Source of the DNA: Scenedesmus sp. PABB004
Taxonomy: Eukaryota
DNA: 64,000 nucleotides
Assembly (NCBI GenBank): GCA_014905635.1
Contig: CM026547.1
Coordinates: 2,728,001-2,792,000 of the forward strand
Reading direction: 5' to 3'
The notes beneath the pieces are model-generated. The model made no database searches. It saw only the letters and a program-made list of their open reading frames with translations, and had not been told where the DNA came from. Both the position numbers and the translations under genes were made by a program. Shown here piece by piece: positions 12,474 through 28,037 of the stretch (within the stretch, counting starts at the first letter, position 1; the number at the start of each line of letters is the position of its first letter).

Positions 12474-13925
12474 ATGCCGCGCTTCAAGACCACTTTCAAT
12501 GGCTACTCCGTCAAGTTCAGCCCCTTTGTGGAGAGCCGCCTGGCGGTGGCGACGGCGCAGAACTTCGGCATCATCGGCAACGGCCGCCTGCACATCCTTG
12601 AGGCGCGCGCCGCGCCGCGCCGTCCGCCGCATGCGCCGCATGCGCCGCATGCGCCGCCGCCGCCGCCGCCGCCGCCGGCGCGCCGCCGGCGTGCGGCCGA
12701 CCCCCTGCCGCCGCCGTCCCCGCCCGCGCGCCTGCGCGCGGCGCCGCAGATGACGCCGGGCGGGCTGGTCGAGGCTGCTGCGTTTGACACCGCGGACGGG
12801 CTGTACGACTGCGCGTGGAGCGAGGAGCACGAGAGCGTGGTGCTCGCCGCGAGCGGCGACGGCAGCGTCAAGGTCTACGACCTCGCCGCGCCGCCGGGGG
12901 CCAACCCGCTGCGCGTGTTCCGCGAGCACAAGCACGAGGCGCGCGCGCCGCCCGCAGCGGCGCAGCAGCAGCAGCAGGCCGCGGCGGCCGCGCCCACGCG
13001 CCGCCCGGTGTCGCGCGCGCGCGCCGCAGTGCTGCTGCCTGAGCTGGAACCTTCAGCGGCGGGACCTCTTCCTCAGCAGCAGCTGGGACGACAGCATCAA
13101 GCTCTACTCCATGGCGGGCCCCGGCGCGGTGCAGACGTTCCTGGGGCACTCCTACTGCGTCTACCACGTCGCCTGGTGCGCCGCGCCGGGGCCGCAACGG
13201 GGGGGGGGGGGGGGGCAGTGCAGCAGGCGCCAGCGGAGCAGGCGCAGCAGGCGGGGGTGGCGGCGCGGGCTGCGCAGCGGCACGGGCTGCGCAGCGGCGC
13301 GGGCTGCGCAGCGGCGCGGGCACACCCGCCGCGGCGCGCAGGAGCCCCGCGCACGGCGACGTCTTCCTGTCGGCGTCGGGCGACACGACGGTGCGGCTGT
13401 GGGACCTGCGCCAGCCCGCGCCGACGCTGGTGCTGCCGGCGCACGCGTTTGAGGTGCTCTCGGCCGACTGGTGCAAATACAACGACTGCGTCATCGCCAC
13501 GGGCAGCATCGACAAGACCATCAAGATATGGGACGTGCGCCAGCCGCAGCGAGAGCTCACCACGCTCTTCGGCCACTCGTGAGCGCGCCGCGCCGCCAGC
13601 AGCCGGGGCGGGGCGGGGACGGCCGCGGCGGGGCGCGCCGACTGACCGCCCGCGCCGCGCCGCCGCGCCGCCGGCGCGCAGCTACGCGGTGCGGCGCGTG
13701 CAGTTCTCGCCGCACGCGGAGAGCGTGCTCGCGTCGTGCGCGTACGACATGAGCGTCAAGCTGTGGGACTACCGCGCGCCCGAGGACGCGCTGCTGCGCT
13801 CGTGGGACCACCACAGCGAGTTTGCGATCGGCCTCGACTTCTCGCTGCTGCGCGAGGGCCTCATGGCCAGCGCGGGCTGGGACGAGTGGGCGTGCGTCTG
13901 GCACACCAGCGCGCCGGGGCCGTGA
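12474..13925 (+). CDS. PEX7: Peroxisomal targeting signal 2 receptor (peroxin 7)
   Basis: Exons 12474-12602, 12750-12938, 13030-13175, 13342-13578, 13682-13925: FNGYSVKFSPFVESRLAVATAQNFGIIGNG..FDTADGLYDCAWSE..SSSWDDSIKL..AHAFEVLSADWCKY..GHSYAVRRVQFSPH..HHSEF; first two introns GC-AG. Confidence 0.95.
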   Translation: MPRFKTTFNGYSVKFSPFVESRLAVATAQNFGIIGNGRLHILEARAAPRRPPHAPHAPHAPPPPPPPPARRRRAADPLPPPSPPARLRAAPQMTPGGLVEAAAFDTADGLYDCAWSEEHESVVLAASGDGSVKVYDLAAPPGANPLRVFREHKHEARAPPAAAQQQQQAAAAAPTRRPVSRARAAVLLPELEPSAAGPLPQQQLGRQHQALLHGGPRRGADVPGALLLRLPRRLVRRAGAATGGGGGAVQQAPAEQAQQAGVAARAAQRHGLRSGAGCAAARAHPPRRAGAPRTATSSCRRRATRRCGCGTCASPRRRWCCRRTRLRCSRPTGANTTTASSPRAASTRPSRYGTCASRSESSPRSSATRERAAPPAAGAGRGRPRRGAPTDRPRRAAAPPARSYAVRRVQFSPHAESVLASCAYDMSVKLWDYRAPEDALLRSWDHHSEFAIGLDFSLLREGLMASAGWDEWACVWHTSAPGP

Positions 13926-14196
13926 GCTGGGCGCAGCCGCGACAGTTGGCCGAGCGCACGCCGCGCCGCGCCGCCGCGCGCGCGAACCGCGTCGTTTAAC
14001 GGCGGCGCCCCGCACGCCCGGGGCCCGCGCCACGCGCGCCGGCGGGCGACTCGCGCAGCGTGGGCCAGCAGCCAGGCGCGGCGGGCGAGCGTGCGCGCGC
14101 CAGCGGGCCCTCCCGCCACGCGCTGCTGTCGCGCGCGCCGCCTGCTCGCCCGTGCGAGCAAAAAAGCCCGGCAGCCATACGTTCCAGCCCGTCACG

Positions 14197-17100
14197 ATGC
14201 TGGGCCGCGTCGGGCGTAAGGTGGCGCACGGGGGCAAGGCGGGCCGCAAGTTCCGGCTCACCGTGTCCGTGGAGAAGCTGGACCACCTTCCCGCCTCCGT
14301 CAAGCGCTGCCGGGTCGTGTGGAGCCGCGGTCCGAAGGTCCAGATGACGGAGTGGCAGCCCGCGGCCAAGGGTGCGCGCCGGCGGCGGCGGCGGCGCGCG
14401 CCGACGACCGCCGCGCTGTCGGCGGCTGCGGCCGAGCGCCAGCGCGCGCGCGGGCGCAGGCGCGCGCCCGGTGGCCACGCCCCCGGTCACCCCGCGCGCC
14501 CCGCCGCCCGTCGCATGCGCACGCGCAGGCGCCGCGGTGTTCTCGCAGCAGCTCACGCAGATCGCGACGCTCTTCGGCGACACCAAGCACGGCTTCGAGC
14601 CCAAGGTGACGCCGCCCGGGCGTCCGGCCCGCGCCGACGGCGCGGGGCAGAGAAGTTGGCGGCGGCCACGGCCGCCGGGGCCGCGGGCGCGCGCCCACGC
14701 GCGCGCGATCGCCCGCTCCGCCCGCCGCCGCTCTGCAGGAGTATCGTTTCGCGGTGCAGGTGCCCGGCGGCCGCGGCGAGGAGGGCAAGACGCTCACCGT
14801 GGGCAAGGCCGACCTGGACCTGGCGTTCTTCGTGCTCGCAGAGGGCCAGCCGCAGAGCAAGCTGCTGCCCATCATGTTCAAGGCGCGCCGCTCACGCCTC
14901 CCCGCCGCTGCCCGCGCTCTGCGGCCGCCGCCCACACACGCGCGTCGCCGCCGCCGCCGCCGCCGCCGCGCAGGTGGGCGCCGCGTCGACGGGCTACCTG
15001 CGCCTGGTGGTCACCGCCGAGCCGGCGGGCGAGCTGAGCGACGGCGGCACGGAGGTGTCGGGCATGACCGGGTTCACCTCAAGCCATCTCCACGATGAGC
15101 AGGACCTGTCGGGCTTTGACGACGACGCCGGCGCGCAGGGCCCGCTCGCCAGCGGCAGGCGCTCGCCGCAGCCGGCCGCGCCCGCGCAGGCGGCCCAGCA
15201 GGGCGGCAGGGCGTCGCCGGCGCCCGGCGCCGCGGCGCAGCGCCCCAGCCGGCTGGGCGGCGCGCCGCCCGAGGGACAGCCGGCCGCGGCCGCGGCCGCC
15301 GCCGCCGCGCCGGCGGCGGGCAAGGCAGGGGCCGGCGGCGGCCGCGCCGCGCCGGCGCCGCAGCCGCAGGCGGCAGCGGCGGGCGACGCGGGCGGCGGCG
15401 ACGAGGGTGACGTGTCGCCGCTCAGCATCTCACCCATGGTGCGCAGGCCGGCCCCTCGCGTGCACGTCGGCGCGGGGGCACGCCATGCTGCCTGCACTGC
15501 CACCAGCAAGAGATCGAGCAACAGAGCCCGCCCCGCCCCGCCTGCCTGCGCGCCCGCCCGCGCCGCAGTCGTCCGAGCCCAGCTCGCCGCGCGGCGGCGC
15601 GCCCAAGCCCACCGCCCCCGGCCGCAGCGCCGGCAGCGCCAGCGTGCTGCCCGGCCAGGGCGGCCGCGCCGCGGCAGCGACCGGCGCGGCCAAGGGCGCG
15701 CGCGCTGAGCTACTGGGCGCCGCGCCGGCCAGCGGCGGCGGCGGCGGCATGGCCGCGCCGCGTGACGGCAGCAGCCGCAGCGTGGCCGAGCTGTCAGAGG
15801 ATGAGGCGCGGGCGCAGCTGTTTGGTGGCAGCGCCAGCGCTGCCGCCAAGGCGGGGCGCGGCGCGGCCAGCGGGGGCAGCAGCGCAAGGCCTGGCGGCGG
15901 AGCCGCCAAGGCCGCGGGCAGCGCCAGCAGCCAGCCGCTGGCGGCGCCGGGCAGTGCTGGCCCGCTGGCGCGCGCCAGCAGCGGCCGCAGCAGCCTCAGC
16001 GGCGCCAGCGCGACCGCCATGGGCGCCGGCGCGGCCGGTGACAAGCCGGCGAGCGGGCCTGCAGCCCCCGGGGCGCGGCGGGGCCTGCTCGACCGCACCC
16101 GCCCAGCGGAGGACCCTGGCGCTGCGGAGCGCACAGAGGCCGGCAGCGCCCACGGCGGCGCTGCCGCCGGTGCCAAGCACAGCCTGTCGGACTCGGACGA
16201 CGAGCAGCCAGCTGCAGCGCGCAGCGGCCGCCCGCCGCAGCCGCTCAAGGCGCCCGGCGCGCGGCCGGGCGGCGCGGCGCAGCCGGCCGCGCCCGGCGCG
16301 GCGCTTGCGGCTGCCGGCGGCGGCGGCGCAGCGCTGGGCGGCGGCGGCCTGGCCGCTGAGAACGAGAAGCTGCGGGCTCAGCTGGCGGCGCTGCGGGGCC
16401 AGGCGGCCGAGGCGGAGGACGCGCGGCGGCAGGCGCGGCTGGCAGCGGAGAACGCGGCGGCGGAGCGCGACGACTACCGGGCCCAGGCGGCGGAGCTGCA
16501 GCAGCAGCTCCAGGAGGTAATGCGGCCCGGCGGGTGGAGGGCGGGGAGGGGCGGGGGCTGGGCGGCGGGGCGCACGCACAGCAGCGCCCGCGCGTGCGCG
16601 GGGGGAGGGGGAGGGCAGGGAGCACGTGCACGGGCGGCGGTGGCCGCCGCCGACAGGCCCTGCCGCGCGGCGGTCGCGGTGCGCCGCGCTCCGCCAGGCG
16701 GTGGTGGGCATGCTCACGCCGGAGGAGGGCGAGGAGCTGCAGGCGCAGGTGGCGGCGCTGCAGCGCCAGCTTGACGCGGCGCAGCCGCTGACCCTGCCGC
16801 AGCAAGCGCCAGCGTCGCAGCCGCGCGACGAGGAGCTGGACGCGGCGCGCGCGCAGCTCGCAGCCGCCAGCGCGGAAGCGGCGGCGCTGCGCCAGCAGCT
16901 GGGCGAGCAGCAGCGCAGCGCGGACGCGGCACTGCAGGACCTGCAGCAGCAGCTGTTTGAGCTGGCCAGCGAGCGGCTTGAGGAGCAGCACCAGCTTGCG
17001 CTGGCTCAGCTCCAGGCGCAGCTCGCGGACGCACAGCGCCTGGTGGAGCAGGGCGCGGCGGAGGCGGCGCGTGCGGCGCAGGAGCGCAGCGCCCTGGCGG

Positions 17101-19024
17101 CGCAGGTGGGCAGGCACTGGCGTCCGCGCCCGCGCCCGCGCGCGCAATTGCCAGCCACCACTCAGTCTGCGGCCGGGCCAGGTAGTGCCGCGCGCTGACC
17201 CCGTCTCCACTATTCTGCCGGCCCCGCCGCAGGTCGCAGAGCTGGGCCAGGAGCTCGCTGCCACGCAGCAGCTGCTTGCGCGCGAGCAGGCGCTGCAGTC
17301 GGCGGCTGACGTGCCGGGCCTGAGCAGCCTGGTCGTGAGCCTGCGGGCAAGCCTGGCAGAGGCTGAGCAGCGCGCGGCGGCCGCAGAGCAGCGAGCAGCC
17401 GGGGCGGCTGCTGAGCAGGCGGCGGCAGCGCTGGTCGGCACGCTCGGCCGCAAGGCAGCCGCAGCTGAGCAGCCGCCGCTCATCCGCGCCAGCCCCGAGC
17501 AGCAGCCCCTGGCGCCCGAGGCAGAGGTGGGGGCGCGGCTGCTGCGGGGGCGCGAGCCGCGGCCGCCGTGCGCGCACCGTCTGCGCGGCCGCCTGAGTGG
17601 CCGCCCGCCTGCCACGCGCAGGAGCTCGCCCGCACGCGGGAGCAGCTCGCGCGCGCGCGGCGCAAGGCCAGGGAGCTGGCGGGGACGCGGGACAAGCTGA
17701 CGGCCATGCTGGCAGACTTTGAGGCCGCGGCAGCCGAGGAGCGGGAGCAGCTGCTCACGCAGCTGGCGGCCGCCAACCAGGCGGCGCGTGCCGCCGGCCA
17801 GGCGCTCGCGGAGGAGCGGCAGCAGCACGCAGATGCGGCCGCGCAGCAGGCGCAGCTGGCAGCGGTGGTCGCGGCGGCAGCTGCTGCGGCGACGGCGGCC
17901 CCGGCCGCCGACGGCCACGCCGCGCCGCAGGTGGGCCGGCGGTGCGAGGCACTCACCGCGCCCCGGCCCACCAGGGCCGGCATCGCCGCCGTGCCTAACG
18001 CGCGCCACGCGTGGCACGTGTGGCTTGCACGGGAGCACGGGCCGGGCGGAGGCAGGGGGCTTCAGCATGCACGCCCCGCCCGTGCCCCGCCCCGCCCGTG
18101 CCTGGCCCCGCCCCGCCCGCCCCTGCTCGCTCACGTGCACGCGCCGCCGCCCGCCCGCGCGCCCGCAGGCGCTGGAGCTGCTCGACGGCGCCGGCCCCGC
18201 CGGCGCGCAGGAGGCGCTCGCGGCGGCGCACGAGCAGGCGGCCGAGCTGACGCGGCAGCTCGCCGAGGCGGCCGCCGCGCGGCGCGCGCTCGAGGCGGAC
18301 GTGTCGCGCCTGCGGCGGCAGCTGGCCGACGAGGCGGCGGAGCGCGGCGCGCTGGAGGGGCAGCTCGCGCAGCAGCTGGAGGACTCGGGCGACTTTGGGG
18401 CGCAGGACGCGGTCGCCGCGTTTGAGGCCAAGCACAGCCGCCTGCGCGCGCGCTTCCACGAGCTGAGCCAGGCGCACGCGCAGGAGACCGAGGCGCTGCG
18501 CGACGAGCTCGCCGCGACGCAGGAGCGCCTCGCCGACGCGGAGGCCGCGGCGGCGCAGCTCGAGGCGGCCAGGTGCGGGCGTGCGCGTGCGTGCGGACCA
18601 GCGGGAGCGATGCGGCGCGGCGCGCCGACGAGGACTGCTGCCGGCCACGCCACGCGAGCGCAGGTCGCGGGCGCAGGCGAGCGAGGTCACGCTGGAGGAG
18701 GCGCTGCAGAAGGGCAGCAGGGCCGGCGCGGAGCTGGCCGCGCTGCGCAGTGAGAACGGCGCGCTCATGCAGGTGCGGCGCGTGGCAGCAGCGCCGCGCT
18801 CGCGGGCGGGCCGCAGCCAGCGGCGGCGCGTGTGACGCGCCCGCCGCGCCCGCGCCGTGCGGCAGGAGCTGGTGGGCACCAAGATGGCGCTCGCGCTGTG
18901 CGCGGAGCGCGAGGTCGTGGGACGGCACGAGCTGTACAAGGTGCGCGAGACCAACATGCGCCTGGCCAGCAAGATGACCAAGCTCGAGGCGGTGGCCTAC
19001 GGCCAGCGCGGCGCCAGGAAGTAG
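14197..19024 (+). CDS. NT-type C2 (EEIG1/EHBP1 N-terminal-like) domain protein with long coiled-coil C-terminus
   Basis: KFRLTVSVEKL..CRVVWSRG..AVFSQQLTQIATLF..FEPKEYRFAVQ..TVGKADLDLAFF..LRLVVTAE fits NT-C2. Ala/Gly/Ser linker, then heptad-rich exons ending ELVGTKMALA..KLEAVAYGQRGARK*. About 10 introns. Confidence 0.75.
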
Positions 19025-19262
19025 CGCCGCGGCGCGGCGGCGCCGCGGCGCTGCCTGCGGCTGCGCGCCCCGGGCGCGGAGAGGGGCACCGCGCGCGGCG
19101 TGCGGCGCCGAGCCGGCCAGAGGGCAGGGCGAGCGGCGGCAGGGTCCTTGGTGCAACACTGGTCACACCGCAGCCGCGACAGCCCTCCGCCCGCGGCGAG
19201 TGGCGCAGCGCCCGGCCCGCTCCGCCCGCGCCCTGCGCCGCGGCGCGCCGCTGGCGCTGGGC

Positions 19263-20978
19263 TCAGCGGCGCAGCGCCGCGAGCTGGTCCTTGAAGTCTG
19301 GCATGTGGTGCATCACCGGCGCCGCGAGCGTGAAGAGCGCGTTGAGGTCGACCAGCTTCTCCAGCAGCCGGAACCCCAGCGCCACGCCGCCCACGTCCTG
19401 CGCGCCCGCGCCCGCGGCGGCGCGTCAGCCGTCGGCCGCCGCCGCGCCGGCCGCGCCGCCGCGCCGCCGGCCCCGTCTCCGCACCTTCCAGATCGTGCGC
19501 CCGATGCTGGCAAAGATGACGTCCGGCAGCTCGTCCGGCCCGACCGCAAGCTTCTTGAACGCCTCCATCATGCCAATCTTGATCGCGCCCTGGCCGTCGT
19601 AAAAGCTGCGGGGCGGCGGCGGCGGACGCGGCGGCGGATGCGGCGGCTGCGCCTCGCGCGCGGCGGCTGCACGTCTGCGCGCGCGCGGCGCGCGTCCCCG
19701 CCCGCCCGCCCGCCCGCCCGCCCGCCCGCCCGCCTGCCCCGGCAGGCGCCGCACCGCGAGGCCACGGGCGAGGGGTGCACCGCGAGGACGTCGATGCCGA
19801 GCCACTTGACCTCGGGCGCGAGGCTGATCGCAAACATGCTCAGGAAGGCCTTGGTCGCGGCGTACGTCACCGCAAACGGGCTCGGCAGCACCGCCGACGC
19901 GCTGCTGGTGAAGACGAAGCAGCCCTTGAGGCTGGCGTCCATCTGGCGTCCGCGCGGCGGCACGGGGCCGGGTGAGGGGCGCGCCCCGGCCTGGCCCAGG
20001 CCCGAAAGCGCGCGGCCGCCGCCGTCGCCGCCGCCGCCGCCACTCAGGCGCCGCCGCGGGCGCGCGCGCCGTCGCACCATGCGCTGCAGGAAGTGGTGCG
20101 TGATGTTGACCGCGCTCACGGCGTTGCACTCAATGTTGGCCTGCACCTGCTCGATCGACCTGCGCGCGGCGCGCAGCGCGGCGGGCCGTCGCCGCGCAGC
20201 AGCCGCCGCCGTGCTGCCGCCGCGACGCAGCCGCGCCGCGGCTGTCGCCGCCGCCGCGCGCACCGGGCGTAGAAGAAGCCGGAGAGGATGTAGCCGGCGT
20301 TGCAGAACACGATCTGCACGTTGATGTCGGCGGTGGCCTTGAGCACGGCCGGCATGTAGCCCGGCCGCCCCAGGTCCACGCCCACCTGCGCGGCGGCAGA
20401 GGCAGAGGCCGAGGCGCGCTGCTGTCGGCGCGGGCGCCCCGCGGCCGCTGGTGCGGCCGCCGCCGCCGCCGCCGGGGCCGCCGCTCTGGCTCTGTCCGGC
20501 GGGGCGCGCCTTGCGGAACTCTGCGCCCGGGAACTCCTCGCTGAGCTCGTCGGTCGTCGCGTCCAGGTCGGCGCCCGGCAGCGCGACCAGCACCACCGAC
20601 AGCCCCTGCTGCGCCAGGCGCTTGGCGATGGACTTGCCGATGCCTGCGGTGCGCCGCGCGCCGCGCGCCGCGCGCCGCCCGGCCGTCGGCGCGCGCAGCA
20701 GCGGCGGCGGCCGCGCCCGCGCCACCCGCAGGCCGCGCCGCGCCGCCGCCGCGGCCCCGTCGCGTCGGGAGCTCCCCGGGCGACGCGCAGGGGGCGGCCG
20801 CGGGCGCCGCACCCGTGCTGGCGCCGGTCACGAGCGCCCACTGCGCATTGTAGCGCGCCTTCAGGTTCTGATACTTGTAGTACGTCCCGCACAGCGTCTG
20901 GAGCAGCGCGTAGCTGCCAAAGGACAGGAAGACCACCGCCAGGCCCAGCCAGGACAGGGGCGTGAGCAGCCAGCCCAT
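19263..20978 (-). CDS. Short-chain dehydrogenase/reductase, very-long-chain 3-oxoacyl-CoA reductase (KCR/HSD17B12)-like
   Basis: N-terminal TM segment, WALVTGASTGIGKSIA (TGxxxGxG), CNAG, TSS, YAATK (YxxxK); 6 introns, one GC-AG (donor 20509). Confidence 0.85.
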
Positions 20979-21372
20979 CTTGTGCGTGATGGTCGTGAAG
21001 TGCGGTCCCGGGCCGCGCCGCCCCCGCGCGTGCTTGGCGTGTGTGATGGCGTCGCGAGGATCACGCCCGTGTTGCGCCGGGCCGGCTGAGGTTTAAGGAA
21101 GGGCGCGGGGCTTGCTGCTGCCAGAGTAGTTGGGCGGTGCTCTCGCCCGCCGAGTTTTCGCCACCGCGCTCAGACCCGCGTCGCCGTCCCCACGCCGCCA
21201 CCCCAGCGGCAAGCGGCGCCGGGCACCAAAAAACGCCCGCACGGGGCTCGTTGGCTTTTGGCGCGCTCCCACGCGCCATTCCCTCACCGGCGGGGCGCCG
21301 CGCGCCGCGGACAGACTTCTTGCACGCCTCTCTCCCTCACCAGCGGGCTGCGGGCCCCCGGGCGGCCACATC

Positions 21373-23104
21373 ATGGCGTTCGCAGCCGAGAAGGCTGTCA
21401 GCAGCGCGGCCTCGCGCGCTGAGGAGGCATCCAGCTGCTCCAGCGCTGTGCTGACGCCCGACGGTGACGAGGCGTGCAGCGGGGACACCGGGCCCGGCGT
21501 GCGCGTGTACACCGAGCGGCAGGGACCGATGCCCATCTGGTGCGCAGCGCAGGCGGCCCGCACCAGCGCGCGCCGGGCCCGGTCGGCGGGCCCGGCGGCC
21601 CCGGCCGCCTCCCGGCAGCAGGGTCGCGCGCCGGGGGCGCGCACGAGGCGCGGGGCGCGCAGCGCCGGCCCGGCAGCCGCCGCCCCCGCTGACCGGGACG
21701 CCCGCGGCCGCCGCGTCGCCGCGCCGCGCAGGCAGCAGGCGCTGGCGGTCGCGACGCTGCTGGGGTTCATGGGCATCATCTACGTCCTCGCCGCGCTGCT
21801 GCTCGCCGCGCCGTTCAGCCGCGCCGCCGCGCTGCTCGCGGCGGCGGCGTGGGGCACGCTGCTGCTGCCGCGCGGGCCGCTGCCGTGGCGCGCCGCGCTC
21901 GCGAGCCCCGTGTTTGCGCTCTGGCGGCGCTACTTTGACTACTCGGTGCTCTACGAGGTCAAGCTCGACCCCAGCCAGCACTATCTGTTTGCTGACTACC
22001 CGCACGGTGCGCGCGGGGCGAGGGCAGCAGGGGGGAGAGGAGGGCGGGGAGAGAGAAGGGAGTTACACAGGGCGGATCATGCAGCCGGGGTGGCGGGCCG
22101 CGGCGTGCGGGCGCGCCCGCCCACGCGCCGCCGCGGCCCGCCGCGCAGGAGCCTTCCCTCTGAGCCAGCTCCTGGGCCTGACCGTGCGGCACCGCGCGGC
22201 CTGGGAAGGTGCGCGCAGCGGCAGGGGGCGCGCGCCGCGCCGGGCGCCCCATGGCCTGCCCCCCTGACTCTGGCCTGCCCCGCCGCGCCGCGCAGGCGAC
22301 AAGTTCTTTGGCTTTGCCGCGGACGCGGCGTTCCGCATCCCGCTCTGGCGCCACGTGTACAGCTGGCTGGGCATCGTCCCCGCGAGCGCGGCCAACGTGC
22401 GGCGCTATTTCAAGTGGGGCAGCGTCGCGGTCACGCCGGGCGGCATACGCGAGATGTACCTCGGCGGCCGCCCGGGGCACGGGCGCGCGGACCACATCTA
22501 CATCAGCGGCCGCAAGGGCTTTGTGCGCCTCGCGGTGACGGAGGGCATGAGCATCGTGCCGGTCTATCACCTCGGCGCGACGCAGGTGCGCGGGCGGGTG
22601 CGCAGCTGGGGGGCGTGGGTGCGCGTGTGGGTAGGTGTGGGTGTGGGTGGGCGGGTGAGGTGTGTGTGTGTGTGGGGGGGGGGGGGGCAGCGAGCAGCGA
22701 GCACCGCCAGCGCGCGGCGCGGCCGGCGGCGGCCGTGCCCCAACGGCGGTCGCCCCACGCGCGCGCCCCGCCGCCCCGCCGCGCCGCCCCGCCGCCGCCG
22801 CCGCGCCGCGCGGCGCCGCCAGATCCTGGGCTTTGGCCCCGCGTGGCTGGAGTCGTACGGCCGGCGCTGGCGCTTCAGCCTCGGCCTGCTGCACGGCGTC
22901 GCGGGGCTGCCGCTGCCGCGGCGGCTGCCGCTGATGATGTGCGTCGGCGCGCCGCTGGCGGTGGAGAAGCTGCCGCCGAGCGACCCCCGCTTTGAGGCGG
23001 CGGTGGACGAGGCGCACGCGCGCTACGTCGCCGCGCTGCGCGGCATGTTTGAGCGCCATAAGGCGGCCTACGGCTGGCCCGACCGGGAGCTGGTGATGCA
23101 CTGA
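21373..23104 (+). CDS. Diacylglycerol acyltransferase type 2 family (DGAT2/DGTT)
   Basis: TM hairpin, WRRYFDY, YLFADYPHGAFP, FRIPLWRH, VTPGGIREM, RKGFVRLA, IVPVYHLG, VGAPL, YVAALRGMFERHK; 4 GT-AG introns. Confidence 0.9.
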
Positions 23105-23846
23105 GGCAGGGGCGGCGCGCCCGGCGGGACAGGGAGAGGGCAGGGGACGGGCGCGGGGGCAGCGCGACCAGCTGCGACGGCGCCCCGCGCGCGCCTCTTG
23201 TGCATGTGTGGGGCGCGCCGCGCGCGTCGCATCATCACCGGGGGGCCCCTGTACATCCGTTGTGTGTGCAGCGTGTGTCGCGCGGCAGGCGCGGGCGGCG
23301 GCGGCCGCGCGCGTCGCGGCGCGGGCCGGCCGCCCGCCCGCCTGCAGGGGGGCGCCCGGCCGCCTCGCCCATCGGCAGGCGGCGGGGCGCCTCGCGGGAG
23401 TGCGCCGGGGAACAGAGCGCAGCGCCGCGTGGCGTTGTGTCGTGTGTGTGTCTGTGGAGGAGGGAGGGCCGGAGACTTGACTTGATTGGTTGCGGCTAGA
23501 CGGGCAGCCGTTCGCGTCTGCTGGCGGCGACGTAGCGCCCAGAACCCTGGCGGCGGGAGGCATCGACTACAGTACTGGCGGCGACGCACTGACGGCTGGC
23601 TCGTGCACTGGGGCGCGGCTGGCGCGAGCTGACAGCGGGGGGCGCGGCCCACCGCCGGCGTCGATGACTGACGCGCGAGCGGCGGCCGCGCGGTGTGGGC
23701 TGCCCTTTACGTTGCCACGCTTGCGTGGCAACCGACCACTAGCGCCGGGGGCCCACGACACGGGGCGCCACAGACGACGCTTACCAACAGACCCAGGAGC
23801 GCGGCAACCTGCTGCGACGAGCGGGCGAGCACCTGGTAACGAGTCA

Positions 23847-26250
<2,404 letters not shown>

Positions 26251-26351
26251 TCAAAGCGCCTGGCGGCGCGCCGCCGCCACGTTTGGGCTGGGCGCCTTGC
26301 TGCCTGTGCGGTCTGCTGCCTCCTCACGTGCCCTGCGCGCCCGTCGACAGC

Positions 26352-27891
26352 ATGGCGCGCGCACTGCCGCTGCCGCTGCTGCTGCTGGCAGCAGCGCTCG
26401 CCGCCGCTGCCGCCGCCGCCGCCCGGCCCGAGCTGGCCTTTACCGCCGCCGCGGCCCGGCCGGAGGTGTTTGGCTTCTCCGTCGGCGGCCCGGGCGCGAA
26501 CTATTCCGGCTACGACTGGTCCGTGCTGACGACGATCGGGTGGAACACCGACACTGAGCTCATGGCCCTCGCGCGCGCCCACGGCGCGGCGGTGCACGTC
26601 GCCGCCGGCGCCGACGCCGCGCTCGCGCGCGCGATGGCCGACCCTGCCCGCCGGCGGGCGTGGGTGCGCGCCAAGGTGGTGGACGTGGTCAAGGCCGGCG
26701 CGGGCGGGGTCAACTTTGACTACGAGGCCCCGCTCCCGCCCGGCGGCGTCGGCGCCGCCGCCTACACCGCGCTCGTCGCCGAGACCGCGGCCGCGCTGCA
26801 CGCCGCGCTGCCGGGCGCGCGCGTCTCGGTCGACGTCCCCTGGTCGCCGTACGACGTCGACGGCCGCAACTTTGACTGGCCCGGCCTCGCCGCGGCGGCG
26901 GACACGCTGTTCGTCATGGCCTACGACACACAGTCACAGGCGCGGCACCTCCGCCGCACGCGCACGCGCACGCGCCCCAACCAGCCCCGGCGCCCCAGGC
27001 CGGGGCGCGCCCAGCCACGCGCGCGCCGCGCCGCGCCGCGCAGGTGCTCGGCCGCTGCGTCGCGGGCGCGAACGCGCCCCTCGACGCCGTGCGGCGCGGC
27101 GTGCGGCAGTGGCTCGCGCTGGGCGTGCCGGCGCAAAAGCTCGTGCTCGGGCTGCCGTGGTACGGGTACACCTATGCCTGCGTGCCGCCGCCCGGCGCCG
27201 GCGCCGGCGCGCCGTCGCCATCGCCTGACGTCGACCTGTGCGCGATTCGGGCGGTACCCTTCCGCAACGTGTCGTGCAGCGACGCCGCAGGCGCGCAGCT
27301 CTGCTTCAGCGAGGTCATGCAGCGTGAGCGCGCCGCGCCGGCGGCGCCACGCCGCAGCGATGCAGCCGCCGCCGCCGCCGCGGTGCCTCGCCGCGCGCAC
27401 GAGCCGCCGCCGCCGCCGCCGCCCCCGCCGCCGCCGTGCCGCGGCCGCAGTGCTGCACCCCGTGCACGGCCGCAACACGACGCCCGTGCGCTGGGATGCG
27501 GGCCAGGCCAGCCCCTACTTCAACTACCGCGCCAAGGACGGCACCATCCACCAGGCGCGCGCCGTGCAGCGCCGCGCGCCGTGCGCCGCCACCGCCGCGC
27601 CGCGCCGCGTGCCCGTCGCCGCCGCGCGCCCGCCGCCGCCGCGCCGCGGCGCGAGCCGGCGCCGGCGCCGGCGCGGCGCGCAGGTTTGGTACGACGACCC
27701 CGCGAGCCTGGCGCTGAAGTACGCGGTCGCGGCGGAGGCGGGGCTGGCGGGCGTGGGGGTGTGGAACCTCGACTGCCTCGACCACCGCGGCGGCGCGGCC
27801 GCCCCGGCCGCGGCGCAGACGCGCGCGATGTGGGACGCCGTGGGCGCCGCGGTGGCGGCGATGGGCGGTGGCGACAGCGGGGGCGGCGGCA

Positions 27892-27934
<43 letters not shown>

Positions 27935-28037
27935 GAGTGGAGCGCGCGTGGCGCGCGCGGTGCGCGGCCGCAGCGGCTGGCTTGCGCGGCTGCTGCGCCG
28001 CCCTGCGGGGGCGCGCGTGCCGGCCGAAGCCGTCTGA
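26352..28037 (+). CDS. GH18 di-N-acetylchitobiase (CTBS-like), secreted or vacuolar
   Basis: Signal peptide; YDWSVLTTI, GGVNFDYE (GH18 catalytic motif), VSVDVPWSP, FVMAYD, KLVLGLPWYG, SPYFNY, QVWYDDPASLALKY..GVGVW; exons 26352-26939, 27044-27323, 27451-27554, 27684-28037. Confidence 0.9.

Noticed and set aside
21994..22160. DGAT2 YPHG in place of HPHG as a sign of inactivity
   Set aside because: The first residue of this motif varies among plant and algal DGAT2s, and the other motifs are intact
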